Of a stretch of 44,208 bases of DNA, positions 35,013 to 42,969 are shown piece after piece. Made by a program: the position numbers and the translations under genes. Numbering within the stretch: position 1 is the stretch's first letter; the number at the start of each line of letters is the position of its first letter. The notes beneath the pieces were generated by a model, which ran no database searches, was not told the DNA's origin, and saw only the letters and a program-made list of their open reading frames with translations. The DNA lies in IMG/VR virus record IMGVR_UViG_3300043707_000036, positions 1 through 44,208 of that record; one strand, given 5' to 3'. This DNA comes from a virus (taxonomy: Duplodnaviria; Caudoviricetes).

Positions 35013-35197
35013 TTCTTGTCCTCCGCAGCTAGGCCTATGATCGAATTGAGTATGCCCACCGGCACATAGACTATGTACAGAAACCACACCAACCTATCTG
35101 GATGGATAGCCTTCAGGATCGAGTACAACAGAAAGTACCAGATAGGTCCTGACACAAATACGAACAGTAGCATCGACACTACTTTGCCTCGACTCAC
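35009..35197 (-). CDS. Small two-TM membrane protein
   Basis: Hydrophobic; coupled. Confidence 0.7.
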   Translation of the reverse strand: MSRGKVVSMLLFVFVSGPIWYFLLYSILKAIHPDRLVWFLYIVYVPVGILNSIIGLAAEDKK

Positions 35198-35391
35198 TTG
35201 TCCTCCAGGCTCATCCCAGCATCAATGAGCCACCGTTTGCGTCCTTCGATCCATTGCCAAGCCGGATTGTGGCCCAGGTGTAGCAGGTCGGCGGCCCTTT
35301 TGATAAGAGCATCCTTCTGTTCCAGGCACTCCATCAACTGTTCAATGGCCTTGATTGCTAGGTCAGGGTCATTCACAGGTCCCAGGATCAT
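35194..35391 (-). CDS. RAAELL-family small protein
   Basis: KDALIKRAADLLHLGHNPAWQWIEGRKRWLIDAGM. Confidence 0.75.
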   Translation of the reverse strand: MILGPVNDPDLAIKAIEQLMECLEQKDALIKRAADLLHLGHNPAWQWIEGRKRWLIDAGMSLEDK

Positions 35392-35543
35392 GGCTCCTCC
35401 TTCTTCTTATAGTTCCCCTCGAAAGACCACTCCTGGTCAGTCTCATCCTCCGGGTAACGCTGCTTAAGTGCTTTCTGAATTGGGGACTCTCGGAAGAGGA
35501 TTTCCGCCCACCGCTTGACCAACTCCTCTAACTTCGGATTCAT
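35388..35543 (-). CDS. 51-aa hypothetical protein
   Basis: Read manually: MNPKLEELVKRWAEILFRESPIQKALKQRYPE...; ATGA overlaps both sides. Confidence 0.65.
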   Translation of the reverse strand: MNPKLEELVKRWAEILFRESPIQKALKQRYPEDETDQEWSFEGNYKKKEEP

Positions 35544-35779
35544 GGGTCCTCTCCATTCAACACCAACTGGTACTGGTTGCGGTCCAGCTTGCGGAAGCGG
35601 CGAGTGTCCCTGAGCATAGCCTTGACCACGTTAGCCTTGCCTACGTGGTGGCCGCGTCTCTCCAAGAGAGCCATGATGGTCCCCAGAGTTGCCGCAGCCC
35701 CCTTCAGCTCCAGCATCTCCAGGGCAACATAGTCGGCCAGACTATAGCGCACTCCCACGAGATTGGTAGTAGGACTCAT
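35540..35779 (-). CDS. Winged-helix-like protein
   Basis: LELKGAAATLGTIMALL...ANVVKAMLRDTRRFRKLDRNQYQL. Confidence 0.6.
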   Translation of the reverse strand: MSPTTNLVGVRYSLADYVALEMLELKGAAATLGTIMALLERRGHHVGKANVVKAMLRDTRRFRKLDRNQYQLVLNGEDP

Positions 35780-35943
35780 CGTTTCTTGGCGGCCTGGGGA
35801 GGGTAGGGTATTTCGGCACCCAACGACTCCTTGCGCAGCTCCTGGTTCATCTCCGCTAACTGAGCTGCCACCTCAGCCATAACTCTGACCATGACATCGT
35901 GAATCTCGTTGCCAAACTCTGAACGAATCTGCTCGGGAGTCAT
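35776..35943 (-). CDS. Hypothetical protein
   Basis: Coupled both sides. Confidence 0.65.
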   Translation of the reverse strand: MTPEQIRSEFGNEIHDVMVRVMAEVAAQLAEMNQELRKESLGAEIPYPPQAAKKR

Positions 35944-36596
35944 GCTAGTTCCCTCACTTCGACAGCCGAGACCACCTGCTGGGACTGGTTGGGCTGACCA
36001 TTGGACTCGGGCAGGAGGAAACGGTTGATCTGGGCAGTACCATAGCCCTTCTCCCCGCATCCTGGACACTTTATGGCCAACTCATACTTGCCACTCTCCT
36101 GCTTCGGCCAATCCATCTCGCCTTTACTCCTACGAGGTGAAGTGGACATAGTCTTCTCACAGGCCTTGCAGTATCTCCTCCACTCCACCCGCCCCTTGAA
36201 GTGACGTCCTTGGGCGGAAGCCTCCAGGAAGGCATCAGCAATGCGTCCCTTGTCCAGCTTTCCTTCCAAGCGCACAGCCAGGGACCTCAGCAACTCCCCC
36301 ACGGCATGGTTCATGTGGGCGTTGCGCATCTTGTCGGTCAGGAAGGTGGACGCTCTCTGGAACTTCAGAGTCACCTCCTGGTTCTGACCATCCAGGGCCA
36401 CAGCCTCATAGTTCACCTGCATATACTTGTGACCGTTGTTCTCCATGGTGGTCCAGGGATCTTCCGCCAGCCTGAAGGTGAAGTCATAGGTCCCTGGAAC
36501 TAGTTGAGGCGGAAAGCTGCCCGCCTCCGGGGCATCAAAGTCTATGTCTGGAATGCCCTCTGGATCTAAGTTAAGTTCATTGATGTTAGTAGTCAC
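35940..36596 (-). CDS. Single-stranded DNA-binding protein-like, with zinc ribbon (putative)
   Basis: Downstream of Sak4-like ATPase; P.LVPGTYDF OB-fold-like start; CKAC...CPGC; AAAGGAG RBS. Confidence 0.55.
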   Translation of the reverse strand: MTTNINELNLDPEGIPDIDFDAPEAGSFPPQLVPGTYDFTFRLAEDPWTTMENNGHKYMQVNYEAVALDGQNQEVTLKFQRASTFLTDKMRNAHMNHAVGELLRSLAVRLEGKLDKGRIADAFLEASAQGRHFKGRVEWRRYCKACEKTMSTSPRRSKGEMDWPKQESGKYELAIKCPGCGEKGYGTAQINRFLLPESNGQPNQSQQVVSAVEVRELA

Positions 36597-36616
36597 TACA
36601 TACTCTCCTTTCTAAG

Positions 36617-37570
36617 TTAAATGGTTACTCCAGTAGTCTCTTTTATGTGTTGGTCAAACTGCTTAGCGGCCCTCTTCTGCAACTCCTCAATCGCTTGGTA
36701 GACGGTGGCCAGGTTAGGGGTGGTCTTGCGAAAGGGCAGGCAGACCCGGTCGGGGATGTCGGCCACCATCTGGAAGGGCACCCGGATCTTGGCAGGGAAT
36801 ACTATCTTGCTATTAGGGTCGGCGTGAGGTCGGAGGTACATCCACACGTCGGTCGATACCTCCAACTGCTTAGTCTTCTCATCCTGGGTAGTAGTGCCCA
36901 CCGCTTCCATGTGGATCATGTTCCCAAACCACTGGCCAGCCTTACCAATGGCCTTCTTACCCTCAATGTTGGGACCAAACACCGGAATCCTGGTCCCCTC
37001 CTCCTCTCCTCTCCCTTCCAGAGCCGTCCACAACACCTTCTTCACATAGGGAATCATGTGACTCTTCATCACAAAGTCATACGCCCTGTCCTGCACGAAT
37101 CCATAGGCAGCCATACTGCCTCCGGCATACTTGGTGCTGCCGTCGGTCAGGACGTAGCTGGGGTCCTGGCTCAAGGTGACATTTGGCGTCTTCAAAGCAG
37201 ACATGATGTGGCTGCCAATTGAGGTCAGCCCCTCGATGGCCACCAGTCCAATCTTGTCCACGGAGATCTCTACCGGCTTGTGGTAGCCCTTGGAGGGATC
37301 GTGCAGGTCAACCGGCCAGTAACCCTGGCAGGCCAGGTCTATAGCCTCGATGCGGTGGGGCCAGAGGGTGATGGGCCAGGCCTCGATGATGCCTTGGTCG
37401 ATCAAGGCCTGCAGCGGGTCCCACCCTCCACCATCAGCCGAGATCAGCCTAGTTTTGAGCCCATGTTTCTCCCAGAACCACTGGGCCACATGGCCTATTT
37501 GAGAAGTCTTGTAAGTGCCGGTAGCTCCGTAAATCAGGTCTGCCTTGAATGCTCTATAAGGTTGGCTCAC
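36617..37570 (-). CDS. AAA_24/Sak4-like ATPase (recombination/annealing)
   Basis: LIYGATGTYKT Walker A, VAIEGLTS Walker B-like, WTALE, FGPNIEGK; GTGA-coupled start. Confidence 0.8.
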   Translation of the reverse strand: MSQPYRAFKADLIYGATGTYKTSQIGHVAQWFWEKHGLKTRLISADGGGWDPLQALIDQGIIEAWPITLWPHRIEAIDLACQGYWPVDLHDPSKGYHKPVEISVDKIGLVAIEGLTSIGSHIMSALKTPNVTLSQDPSYVLTDGSTKYAGGSMAAYGFVQDRAYDFVMKSHMIPYVKKVLWTALEGRGEEEGTRIPVFGPNIEGKKAIGKAGQWFGNMIHMEAVGTTTQDEKTKQLEVSTDVWMYLRPHADPNSKIVFPAKIRVPFQMVADIPDRVCLPFRKTTPNLATVYQAIEELQKRAAKQFDQHIKETTGVTI

Positions 37571-37788
37571 TCTTCCTCCTGGGAATTGAAAAACTTGTCC
37601 TGACAGTCCTGACACAACCCAGACTGCAAATACTCTTTAGCTGAGAGGTCGTCACGGAAATAGTCAGCCTTGTTACCACAACCTGCTGGTGGGGGAACAC
37701 AATAGTGCCGTTCTATGAAGTTCCTCTTCTGCCTGGCTATCTGGGCAATCTTGGTGATGTCGTCCCAACTAAGATCCTTGAGAGTCAT
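37567..37788 (-). CDS. Conserved phage zinc-finger protein
   Basis: CG...FRDDLSAKEY..SGLCQDCQDKFF. Confidence 0.8.
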   Translation of the reverse strand: MTLKDLSWDDITKIAQIARQKRNFIERHYCVPPPAGCGNKADYFRDDLSAKEYLQSGLCQDCQDKFFNSQEEE

Positions 37789-38036
37789 TGCACTACCACC
37801 TTCTCCTTATGGTTCTCTCTCCAATCATCCACCAGCATGGTCACCAGGACCCACACTGCCATGGCTGTGTTTCCATTGTGGGTCTGGAGCTTCTGCTGAA
37901 CTCTGATGAAGTCAGTCACCAGGACCTTGATCTCTTCCTCGTCCAGTCCTCTCTGGTCATCGCACAGGCACTGGATGATGGCAGCGAACCAGGAGGCATA
38001 GTTAGCTATGCGAGTATCCACCTCGAGTGTCGGCAT
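37785..38036 (-). CDS. Hypothetical protein
   Basis: GGAGGAGG RBS, coupled. Confidence 0.7.
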   Translation of the reverse strand: MPTLEVDTRIANYASWFAAIIQCLCDDQRGLDEEEIKVLVTDFIRVQQKLQTHNGNTAMAVWVLVTMLVDDWRENHKEKVVVQ

Positions 38037-38173
38037 TAGTCCTCCTCCTCCAGCTGGTTGTAGTAGGCTTTCTTAACCTCCACCAGCTCCTCCCACAAGG
38101 TGTCGATAGTGTCGTTAGCGGTGACGTCGGCCCAGGCATCCAGCAACCTCTTCACAGCCTCATTCAGGTCCAC
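38036..38173 (-). CDS. 45-aa acidic protein
   Basis: Read manually: MDLNEAVKRLLDAWADV...NQLEEED; TAATG coupling. Confidence 0.6.
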   Translation of the reverse strand: MDLNEAVKRLLDAWADVTANDTIDTLWEELVEVKKAYYNQLEEED

Positions 38174-38175
38174 CT

Positions 38176-38367
38176 TTAGTTCCTCATCTTCCTGTGCTTC
38201 TGCTCCAGCTCCAGCAGGCGTATCATGGCCTGGGCATAGCGGATATAGGCATCCTCAGCCATGATCAGAGCTTGGTACTTCTCCATGTACTGCTTCAGCT
38301 CGTGATCAGGCATGTCCCTGAACTGTTCAACTGACTCATCCAACTTGTCGGTTACCTGTATGGTCAT
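38176..38367 (-). CDS. Coiled-coil hypothetical protein
   Basis: GGAGG RBS before ATG 38367. Confidence 0.7.
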   Translation of the reverse strand: MTIQVTDKLDESVEQFRDMPDHELKQYMEKYQALIMAEDAYIRYAQAMIRLLELEQKHRKMRN

Positions 38368-38501
38368 CTTGGCCTCCCCATAACAAACACCAATCCTGTA
38401 ATTGCTCCAACAATCCCAATAGCCATGGTCAGTGTCCACATTAGATAAGGGAACCACCAGGGTTCCCTGGCAATCTCCCGATCACAAAAGGGGCATCTCA
38501 T
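38364..38501 (-). CDS. 45-aa CxxC plus TM protein
   Basis: Read manually: MRCPFCDRE...LMWTLTMAIGIVGAITGLVFV; ATGA overlaps. Confidence 0.6.
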   Translation of the reverse strand: MRCPFCDREIAREPWWFPYLMWTLTMAIGIVGAITGLVFVMGRPR

Positions 38502-38653
38502 GCGTCCTGCTTCCTCTCGTCACAGGCCTTGACGATGGCCTCCACAATCAGGTCGTAGGCCTCCCTGAGTGAGTCTGCCCACACCTCCACCGAGTCGTCC
38601 CACTTGGGATCAAAGCCTTCCCGAACGAAGATCACAACCTGATACTGTTTCAT
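38498..38653 (-). CDS. 51-aa hypothetical protein
   Basis: Read manually: MKQYQVVIFV...SVEVWADSLREAYDL; ATGA overlaps. Confidence 0.65.
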   Translation of the reverse strand: MKQYQVVIFVREGFDPKWDDSVEVWADSLREAYDLIVEAIVKACDERKQDA

Positions 38654-38871
38654 TCCGCATCCCTCCACCATGCCTCCGTATCCCTGTACCAGCGATAGGT
38701 TTCGTCAGCGGAGTCCCCATCCTCCCTGGCATGGGGCATCATCCTCCAGGCCCGGTGCAACAGGTCTGAAGCCCCCTGGATAAGTCTCGTCTGCTTCTCA
38801 ATCCCCTCCCTGACCGCGTCCAAGTTGGTCAAAGTGTCTTCAAGTAGTTTGGCATTCTCTTCCTCAGTCAT
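38650..38871 (-). CDS. RAAELL-family small protein (divergent)
   Basis: EKQTRLIQGASDLL...W....EAWWRDA. Confidence 0.7.
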   Translation of the reverse strand: MTEEENAKLLEDTLTNLDAVREGIEKQTRLIQGASDLLHRAWRMMPHAREDGDSADETYRWYRDTEAWWRDAE

Positions 38872-40175
38872 CGTCTCCTCCTCAGCCCCTCTTCTGCAGG
38901 ATGGTTGTAGGTGCGTGGTATGTACTGGTCGGTGTCGTGGGGATCAGCACTTCCCCAGCACAGGTCCAGATAAGGGCACCTCGAGGGTCTGAGGCAGTTC
39001 TGGTGGCCGGTGTACATGGGAAACTGCTTGTCAATCGACTCTCCCAGCCTCACTCCTTCAGCTACCATGAACATCTCTTCGGCCTGCTTAATGGTCTGTC
39101 TCTTCCACCTGGCTATCTCGTAGTCGGAGCGGATGATGGCAGGCAGAGCAGGGAACTGGGCCTGGAGCAACTGAGGCTCATTGGTCTCCAACCACCCCAA
39201 CCAGTCATCTATCCCGCAGGTCTGACTCACCATGTCCCTTCTCCACCCCTCACCCAGCTTATGGTTCCTGTCTCCAGGACACTGACCTCCCTTGGCCCAC
39301 TTCCAAGGGTGAGGTGCCGGACACTTGCGGTACTCACTGGCCGAATAAGATCTTGGATATCGGGTGGTGCCAGCGCCAGGGAAGTTCAAGGCAGCTGGTT
39401 CCACCCAGTGATAGAGGAGAGGGGAGTTGTGCCTCTTCTGCTCCGGGTCAGCATCAGGTGGCCACTTGATACTCCTGACTCCCTTGACCAACCCTTCCAG
39501 CAACACTCCTCTGCATACTCTGGATGGGTAGGAAGCGGCAGCAGCCACAAACTCACTCATGGTCTGCATGTCGTAGCGGTGGCTCTCTATCCAGGTCTGG
39601 TCTGCTGCCTTAGTAGATTTGAAGCTCAGAACAAATCCCTCTCCAGTCTGGTAGCGCTCCAGCAACCCGTCTCTCCTGGTCAGGAACACTACCCCACTCT
39701 CATCCAGCTCAACCTGCTGTTCCTGCTCCACATCCACCACCCGATACTCCTCCAGCAGCTTGGGTAACCTTACCTTGCACCATCCCTTCACCAACGCCTC
39801 AATCAGGGCCAACTGCTCGTTGACCTGCCAGGCTATGTCAGGGGAGGTGGGATCAGACATACGCACTACCTGTCCAACCTGGGAGTCTGATCCATCAAAA
39901 GTGTCCAGCAGAATCCCCCGGCTGGCCACGGTCTCCAGGTAGCGGGTCCTGGCTAAGCGGATGGCTTCCTCTATATAGGCGCGAGGGGGAACCTTGCCGG
40001 TCTCCTTGACATGGGTGAGGACATGGGCCAGGGGCTGGTGGATGAGGCTGCCGGTGAGCAGGGGAACGCTCAGGGCCCTTCTCTCAATCCCCCTCTCTTC
40101 AAAGTAATAGTTCCAGTAAGCCCTGCGAGGACAGGACTCATAGGTCTCTAACTGTGATCTCTGAGTAGTAATCAT
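38868..40175 (-). CDS. PD-(D/E)XK RecB/Cas4-like exonuclease
   Basis: SQLETYESCPR, GSLIH, VDVE, RRDGLL...SFKST, C....RCPYLDLC Fe-S-type Cys cluster. Confidence 0.85.
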   Translation of the reverse strand: MITTQRSQLETYESCPRRAYWNYYFEERGIERRALSVPLLTGSLIHQPLAHVLTHVKETGKVPPRAYIEEAIRLARTRYLETVASRGILLDTFDGSDSQVGQVVRMSDPTSPDIAWQVNEQLALIEALVKGWCKVRLPKLLEEYRVVDVEQEQQVELDESGVVFLTRRDGLLERYQTGEGFVLSFKSTKAADQTWIESHRYDMQTMSEFVAAAASYPSRVCRGVLLEGLVKGVRSIKWPPDADPEQKRHNSPLLYHWVEPAALNFPGAGTTRYPRSYSASEYRKCPAPHPWKWAKGGQCPGDRNHKLGEGWRRDMVSQTCGIDDWLGWLETNEPQLLQAQFPALPAIIRSDYEIARWKRQTIKQAEEMFMVAEGVRLGESIDKQFPMYTGHQNCLRPSRCPYLDLCWGSADPHDTDQYIPRTYNHPAEEGLRRRR

Positions 40176-40351
40176 TTGCCTTCCAATGTGCCACCAGGAG
40201 TGAACTCACCGTTAAGCCACTTCACGAAGTTCTCCGCGTGCAGCTGATAGGTGCGCTTGGTGAGGATGGTCAGTTTGCTGGAGTTGACTTGCTGGATATA
40301 CAACGACAACTCTGACTGAATGCGACTTAGTTCACTTCGGCTTAGAGCCAT
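40172..40351 (-). CDS. 59-aa protein resembling an integrase N-terminal SAM-like helix bundle
   Basis: Read manually: ...Y..QV.SS.L...TKRTY..HAENFVKWL.GEFTPG; GGAGG RBS. Confidence 0.65.
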   Translation of the reverse strand: MALSRSELSRIQSELSLYIQQVNSSKLTILTKRTYQLHAENFVKWLNGEFTPGGTLEGK

Positions 40352-40370
40352 GTTGCCTCCAATTGGGAAT

Positions 40371-40457
40371 GGGTCTGGTAGCCCCCTGAGCTTGGGAGCC
40401 GGTCTTCCTCCCGCAGATGAGAAAGAGGAGCCGGGTGCTCAAGGGGCTGCCAGGCCC
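40371..40457. other. Long intergenic stem-loop
   Basis: GGGTCTGGTAGCCCCCTGAGC pairs with GCTCAAGGGGCTGCCAGGCCC; inner CCGG/TCCTC helix. Confidence 0.7.
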
Positions 40458-40482
40458 ACACTCCTGATGTGGACCCGGAGGC

Positions 40483-40731
40483 CTACTTGAAGTCTTCGAG
40501 CTTCACGCCCGAAGCTTCGAGGTTTTCCTGGGCCTGTAATGGCTGGCGTTCCGTGAAGTGGATTTCCAGATCGACCGTCTGGTTCAGGTACACGATGACG
40601 TTCTCTGGTTCGGGCATGCGGATGTCCTGGTAGATGGGATCAGCCCCCTTGATCCTCAGAACTATCCTCTGCTTCTCGTCGGTGAATTTGACGGAAGACT
40701 CAATACCAACAACAGTTGCAGTCAACTTCAT
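40483..40731 (-). CDS. Small beta-rich protein
   Basis: GAGGA RBS; ORF track. Confidence 0.75.
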   Translation of the reverse strand: MKLTATVVGIESSVKFTDEKQRIVLRIKGADPIYQDIRMPEPENVIVYLNQTVDLEIHFTERQPLQAQENLEASGVKLEDFK

Positions 40732-40757
40732 AAGTTTGTCCTCTGTGGAAAATGTTC

Positions 40758-40842
40758 CTGTAGGTTCCCTCCCCCAGCCGTTCTGGACGGGTCAGCCACG
40801 GTGAAGTTCTGCCCTGCCCAGGCTAGTTCAGGGAACCTACAG
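40758..40842. other. Long intergenic stem-loop
   Basis: Perfect 13-bp inverted repeat CTGTAGGTTCCCT/AGGGAACCTACAG plus inner helices. Confidence 0.7.
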
Positions 40843-40854
40843 CAGCACTCCCTC

Positions 40855-41085
40855 TCACCTTCCTGAACTCCTGCGAGGGAACAGCTGCTCCCGGTTCCCC
40901 CACCTCTTACCTCTGTACCCAGTTCTCCCTACGTGCCACCCACCACAGCATCTACAGTGATAGGCATTCATGGGACTCATCTCCAACCTGGTCATCCTCA
41001 GCGCTTCCCGGTACGCGGAGAGCTGGTCAGGATGCCTCACCTTGGTCCCACAACTTAGTCTGAAATGATCACCTAGAGTTTTCAT
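40855..41085 (-). CDS. Phage C-x-K-R...Y.C..C.GWH zinc protein
   Basis: CGTKVRH...AYHCRCCGGWHVG; AAGGAG RBS. Confidence 0.8.
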   Translation of the reverse strand: MKTLGDHFRLSCGTKVRHPDQLSAYREALRMTRLEMSPMNAYHCRCCGGWHVGRTGYRGKRWGNREQLFPRRSSGR

Positions 41086-41115
41086 GAGTGGCCAGCTCCT
41101 TTTTCTGGCCCTCCC

Positions 41116-41658
41116 TTATGCTTGCCTCCGTACCCACTTTTGCGTCAGTCCGACAGCAACCAGGCCTGTCGCAATCAACAACAAGGAGGCCGGTTCCGGC
41201 ACTGTCGATACTCTGCTAGTGAGTACCTGAGTGCTAAGATTGCCGTGGTTGTCCTCGATCACGGCAGCCGCACCGTTCCGAAAATTGGCGTTCAGGAAAG
41301 TAGTTCCACCCACTATGGAGATGGTGCCACCTGTGAACGTCCCCTGGAATAGTTCCTTACCATTCAATCCATCAACGTCTACTGTGCCTCCCATGAAAGA
41401 GAAGCCTGAGGTGGAAGTCATCAGAGTCCCCGAGAGGACTGTAATGCTCCCCAGAATGCCGTGCTGCATGGTGCCAGTGGTGATGTCCTCGATGAGGGTC
41501 AGCTGGTCCCTGACTCCCCAGAACCTTCCTGCGGCAATGCGCCCGAATATAGTCGCAGTCCCAGCAGCTATGTTGCCCGAGCCCTGAAAGTCGAAACTAT
41601 CTGCGACTGTCAGGGGACAGAAGAATAGCAGCAAAGCCACTACTAGCGCTAACTTCAT
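41116..41658 (-). CDS. PEP-CTERM surface protein
   Basis: Signal peptide MKLALVVALLLFFCPLTVA-D; C-terminal VPEPASLLLIATGLVAVG...RR. Confidence 0.92.
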   Translation of the reverse strand: MKLALVVALLLFFCPLTVADSFDFQGSGNIAAGTATIFGRIAAGRFWGVRDQLTLIEDITTGTMQHGILGSITVLSGTLMTSTSGFSFMGGTVDVDGLNGKELFQGTFTGGTISIVGGTTFLNANFRNGAAAVIEDNHGNLSTQVLTSRVSTVPEPASLLLIATGLVAVGLTQKWVRRQA

Positions 41659-41693
41659 TGCGTTTCACCTCCGGAGTGTTGGCAATGATGGTA

Positions 41694-41722
41694 ACTCTAG
41701 ACCCACCCATAAAGGATGTCAA
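41694..41722 (-). promoter_or_regulatory. Sigma70-type promoter for PEP-CTERM gene/early operon
   Basis: TTGACA-17 nt-TAGAGT on - strand, upstream of GGAGGT RBS. Confidence 0.7.
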
Positions 41723-41738
41723 GGACAAAGTGTTGGCC

Positions 41739-41770
41739 TTTTGGACAACATTTCCACAAGCTTTTGCACA
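41739..41770 (+). promoter_or_regulatory. Triplet of DnaA-box-like 9-mers
   Basis: TTTTGGACA 41739, ATTTCCACA 41750, TTTTGCACA 41762. Confidence 0.45.
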
Positions 41771-41807
41771 ACTAGAAAGTGGTCACGGGGAGTGCTACAC
41801 TCAGCCT

Positions 41808-41968
41808 TGCTTGCTTCAACTGGCTGTTGTGATAGGGCCTCTCCTTTAGCCAGGGCACTTGGCCTGCCCTGGCTTGGCCCTCCACGGAAGCAACGCTCGT
41901 CTCACACTCCTAGGCATAGGAATCAACTCCTTTCGGTGCCTGCTCTAGACTCGGCAGGCACTTTTTAT
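41808..41968 (+). ncRNA. Candidate structured small RNA
   Basis: Upstream TAGAAA-17-(TG.)TACACT, GC-rich hairpin 41834-41881, ends in intrinsic terminator; no convincing + ORF. Confidence 0.4.
41936..41968 (+). terminator. Rho-independent terminator
   Basis: GTGCCTGC-loop-GCAGGCAC followed by TTTTTATT. Confidence 0.75.
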
Positions 41969-41991
41969 TGCCCCCTCCAAAGTAAAGTTGC

Positions 41992-42019
41992 TTGACAACC
42001 ATGTTATTGGGCATACTAT
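41992..42019 (+). promoter_or_regulatory. Sigma70-type promoter for helicase
   Basis: TTGACA-16 nt-TACTAT. Confidence 0.6.
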
Positions 42020-42119
42020 GGCCAACGCGAAGTGCAAGGCCGAGGGTCCCAGCTGGGGACGGCTCCATACGTCTCCAGCACCCTCCGTATCACTTCCGGC
42101 CCATGGAGGGGCCTCCACA

Positions 42120-42959
42120 ATGGCAATCAGTCCACCTATCACCTTCAGTCAACTTCGTTCAAAAACCTTCCCACCTGGAGAACACATCATCGGTGAGGGC
42201 CTGCTGCGTAAGGGAGGCAAGCTAGTCATTGCCGGTGCTCCCAAAACCTACAAGAGTTTCATAGCCAATACCATCCTGGTCCAATGCCTGACTGGTGGAT
42301 ATCTGTTCGGCACCTTCACCAACCACAGCCGTCAGAGGGAGGACCGCTTTCCTATTACGCCCGTGGAGCGAGTGCTGCTTATCGAACAAGAGCTGGGGGA
42401 AGAGGATCACCGGGACCGCATGCTCCCCTACTGGAACAGCCTAAGTCCAGAAGACAGAGCCAAGGTGGACCATGGCTTTTACCTGGAGAGTTGCGAGTTT
42501 GATTTGAGGCTTGACAAGCTTGAAGGCCTGGAAGCCATGAACCGTATGTTCCACGAGATAAAGCCGCAAATTGTCTGCTTCGATCCCCTTATCAAGTTCC
42601 ACCGCCTGGAGGAGAACAATCCATCCCAGATGAACACTCTGATGTGCAACCTGGGAAAGTTGGCCTGGGCCCACCACCTCTCCCCTATCATCAATCACCA
42701 CTTCAACAAGGACCCGGACAAGAAGGAATTGGACGCTCTCCGGGGGGCCAGTTCGATTGCTGGTGACCTTGACTCCTGCCTCCTGCTGAACGTCAGCAAC
42801 CGCAACGCCGGGATCATCAGCGTTGAACCCGTCCTGAAACGCGGCAAACCTATCCACCCATTCCTGGTCAAGCTAGACTTCACCACCCTCAGAACTGAGT
42901 TCCATCGTTGGCTCCAAAAAGCAGACCTTCCCGAGGATGCTGCTCAATGGAAGGTCTGA
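42120..42959 (+). CDS. RecA-family (AAA_25/RepA-like SF4) replicative helicase
   Basis: IAGAPKTYKS Walker A, VLLIEQE, IVCFDPL, INHHFNK, LRGASSI.G..D; GGAGG RBS. Confidence 0.88.
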   Translation: MAISPPITFSQLRSKTFPPGEHIIGEGLLRKGGKLVIAGAPKTYKSFIANTILVQCLTGGYLFGTFTNHSRQREDRFPITPVERVLLIEQELGEEDHRDRMLPYWNSLSPEDRAKVDHGFYLESCEFDLRLDKLEGLEAMNRMFHEIKPQIVCFDPLIKFHRLEENNPSQMNTLMCNLGKLAWAHHLSPIINHHFNKDPDKKELDALRGASSIAGDLDSCLLLNVSNRNAGIISVEPVLKRGKPIHPFLVKLDFTTLRTEFHRWLQKADLPEDAAQWKV

Positions 42960-42969
42960 CAAAAAGTCT

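Noticed and set aside
29732-39767. Long + strand ORFs (29732-30592, 36647-37222, 38901-39767)
   Set aside because: Antisense shadows of well-supported - strand genes
38868-40175. Cas4 as evidence of a CRISPR system
   Set aside because: Stand-alone nuclease in a Sak4/SSB recombination module; no array or other cas genes
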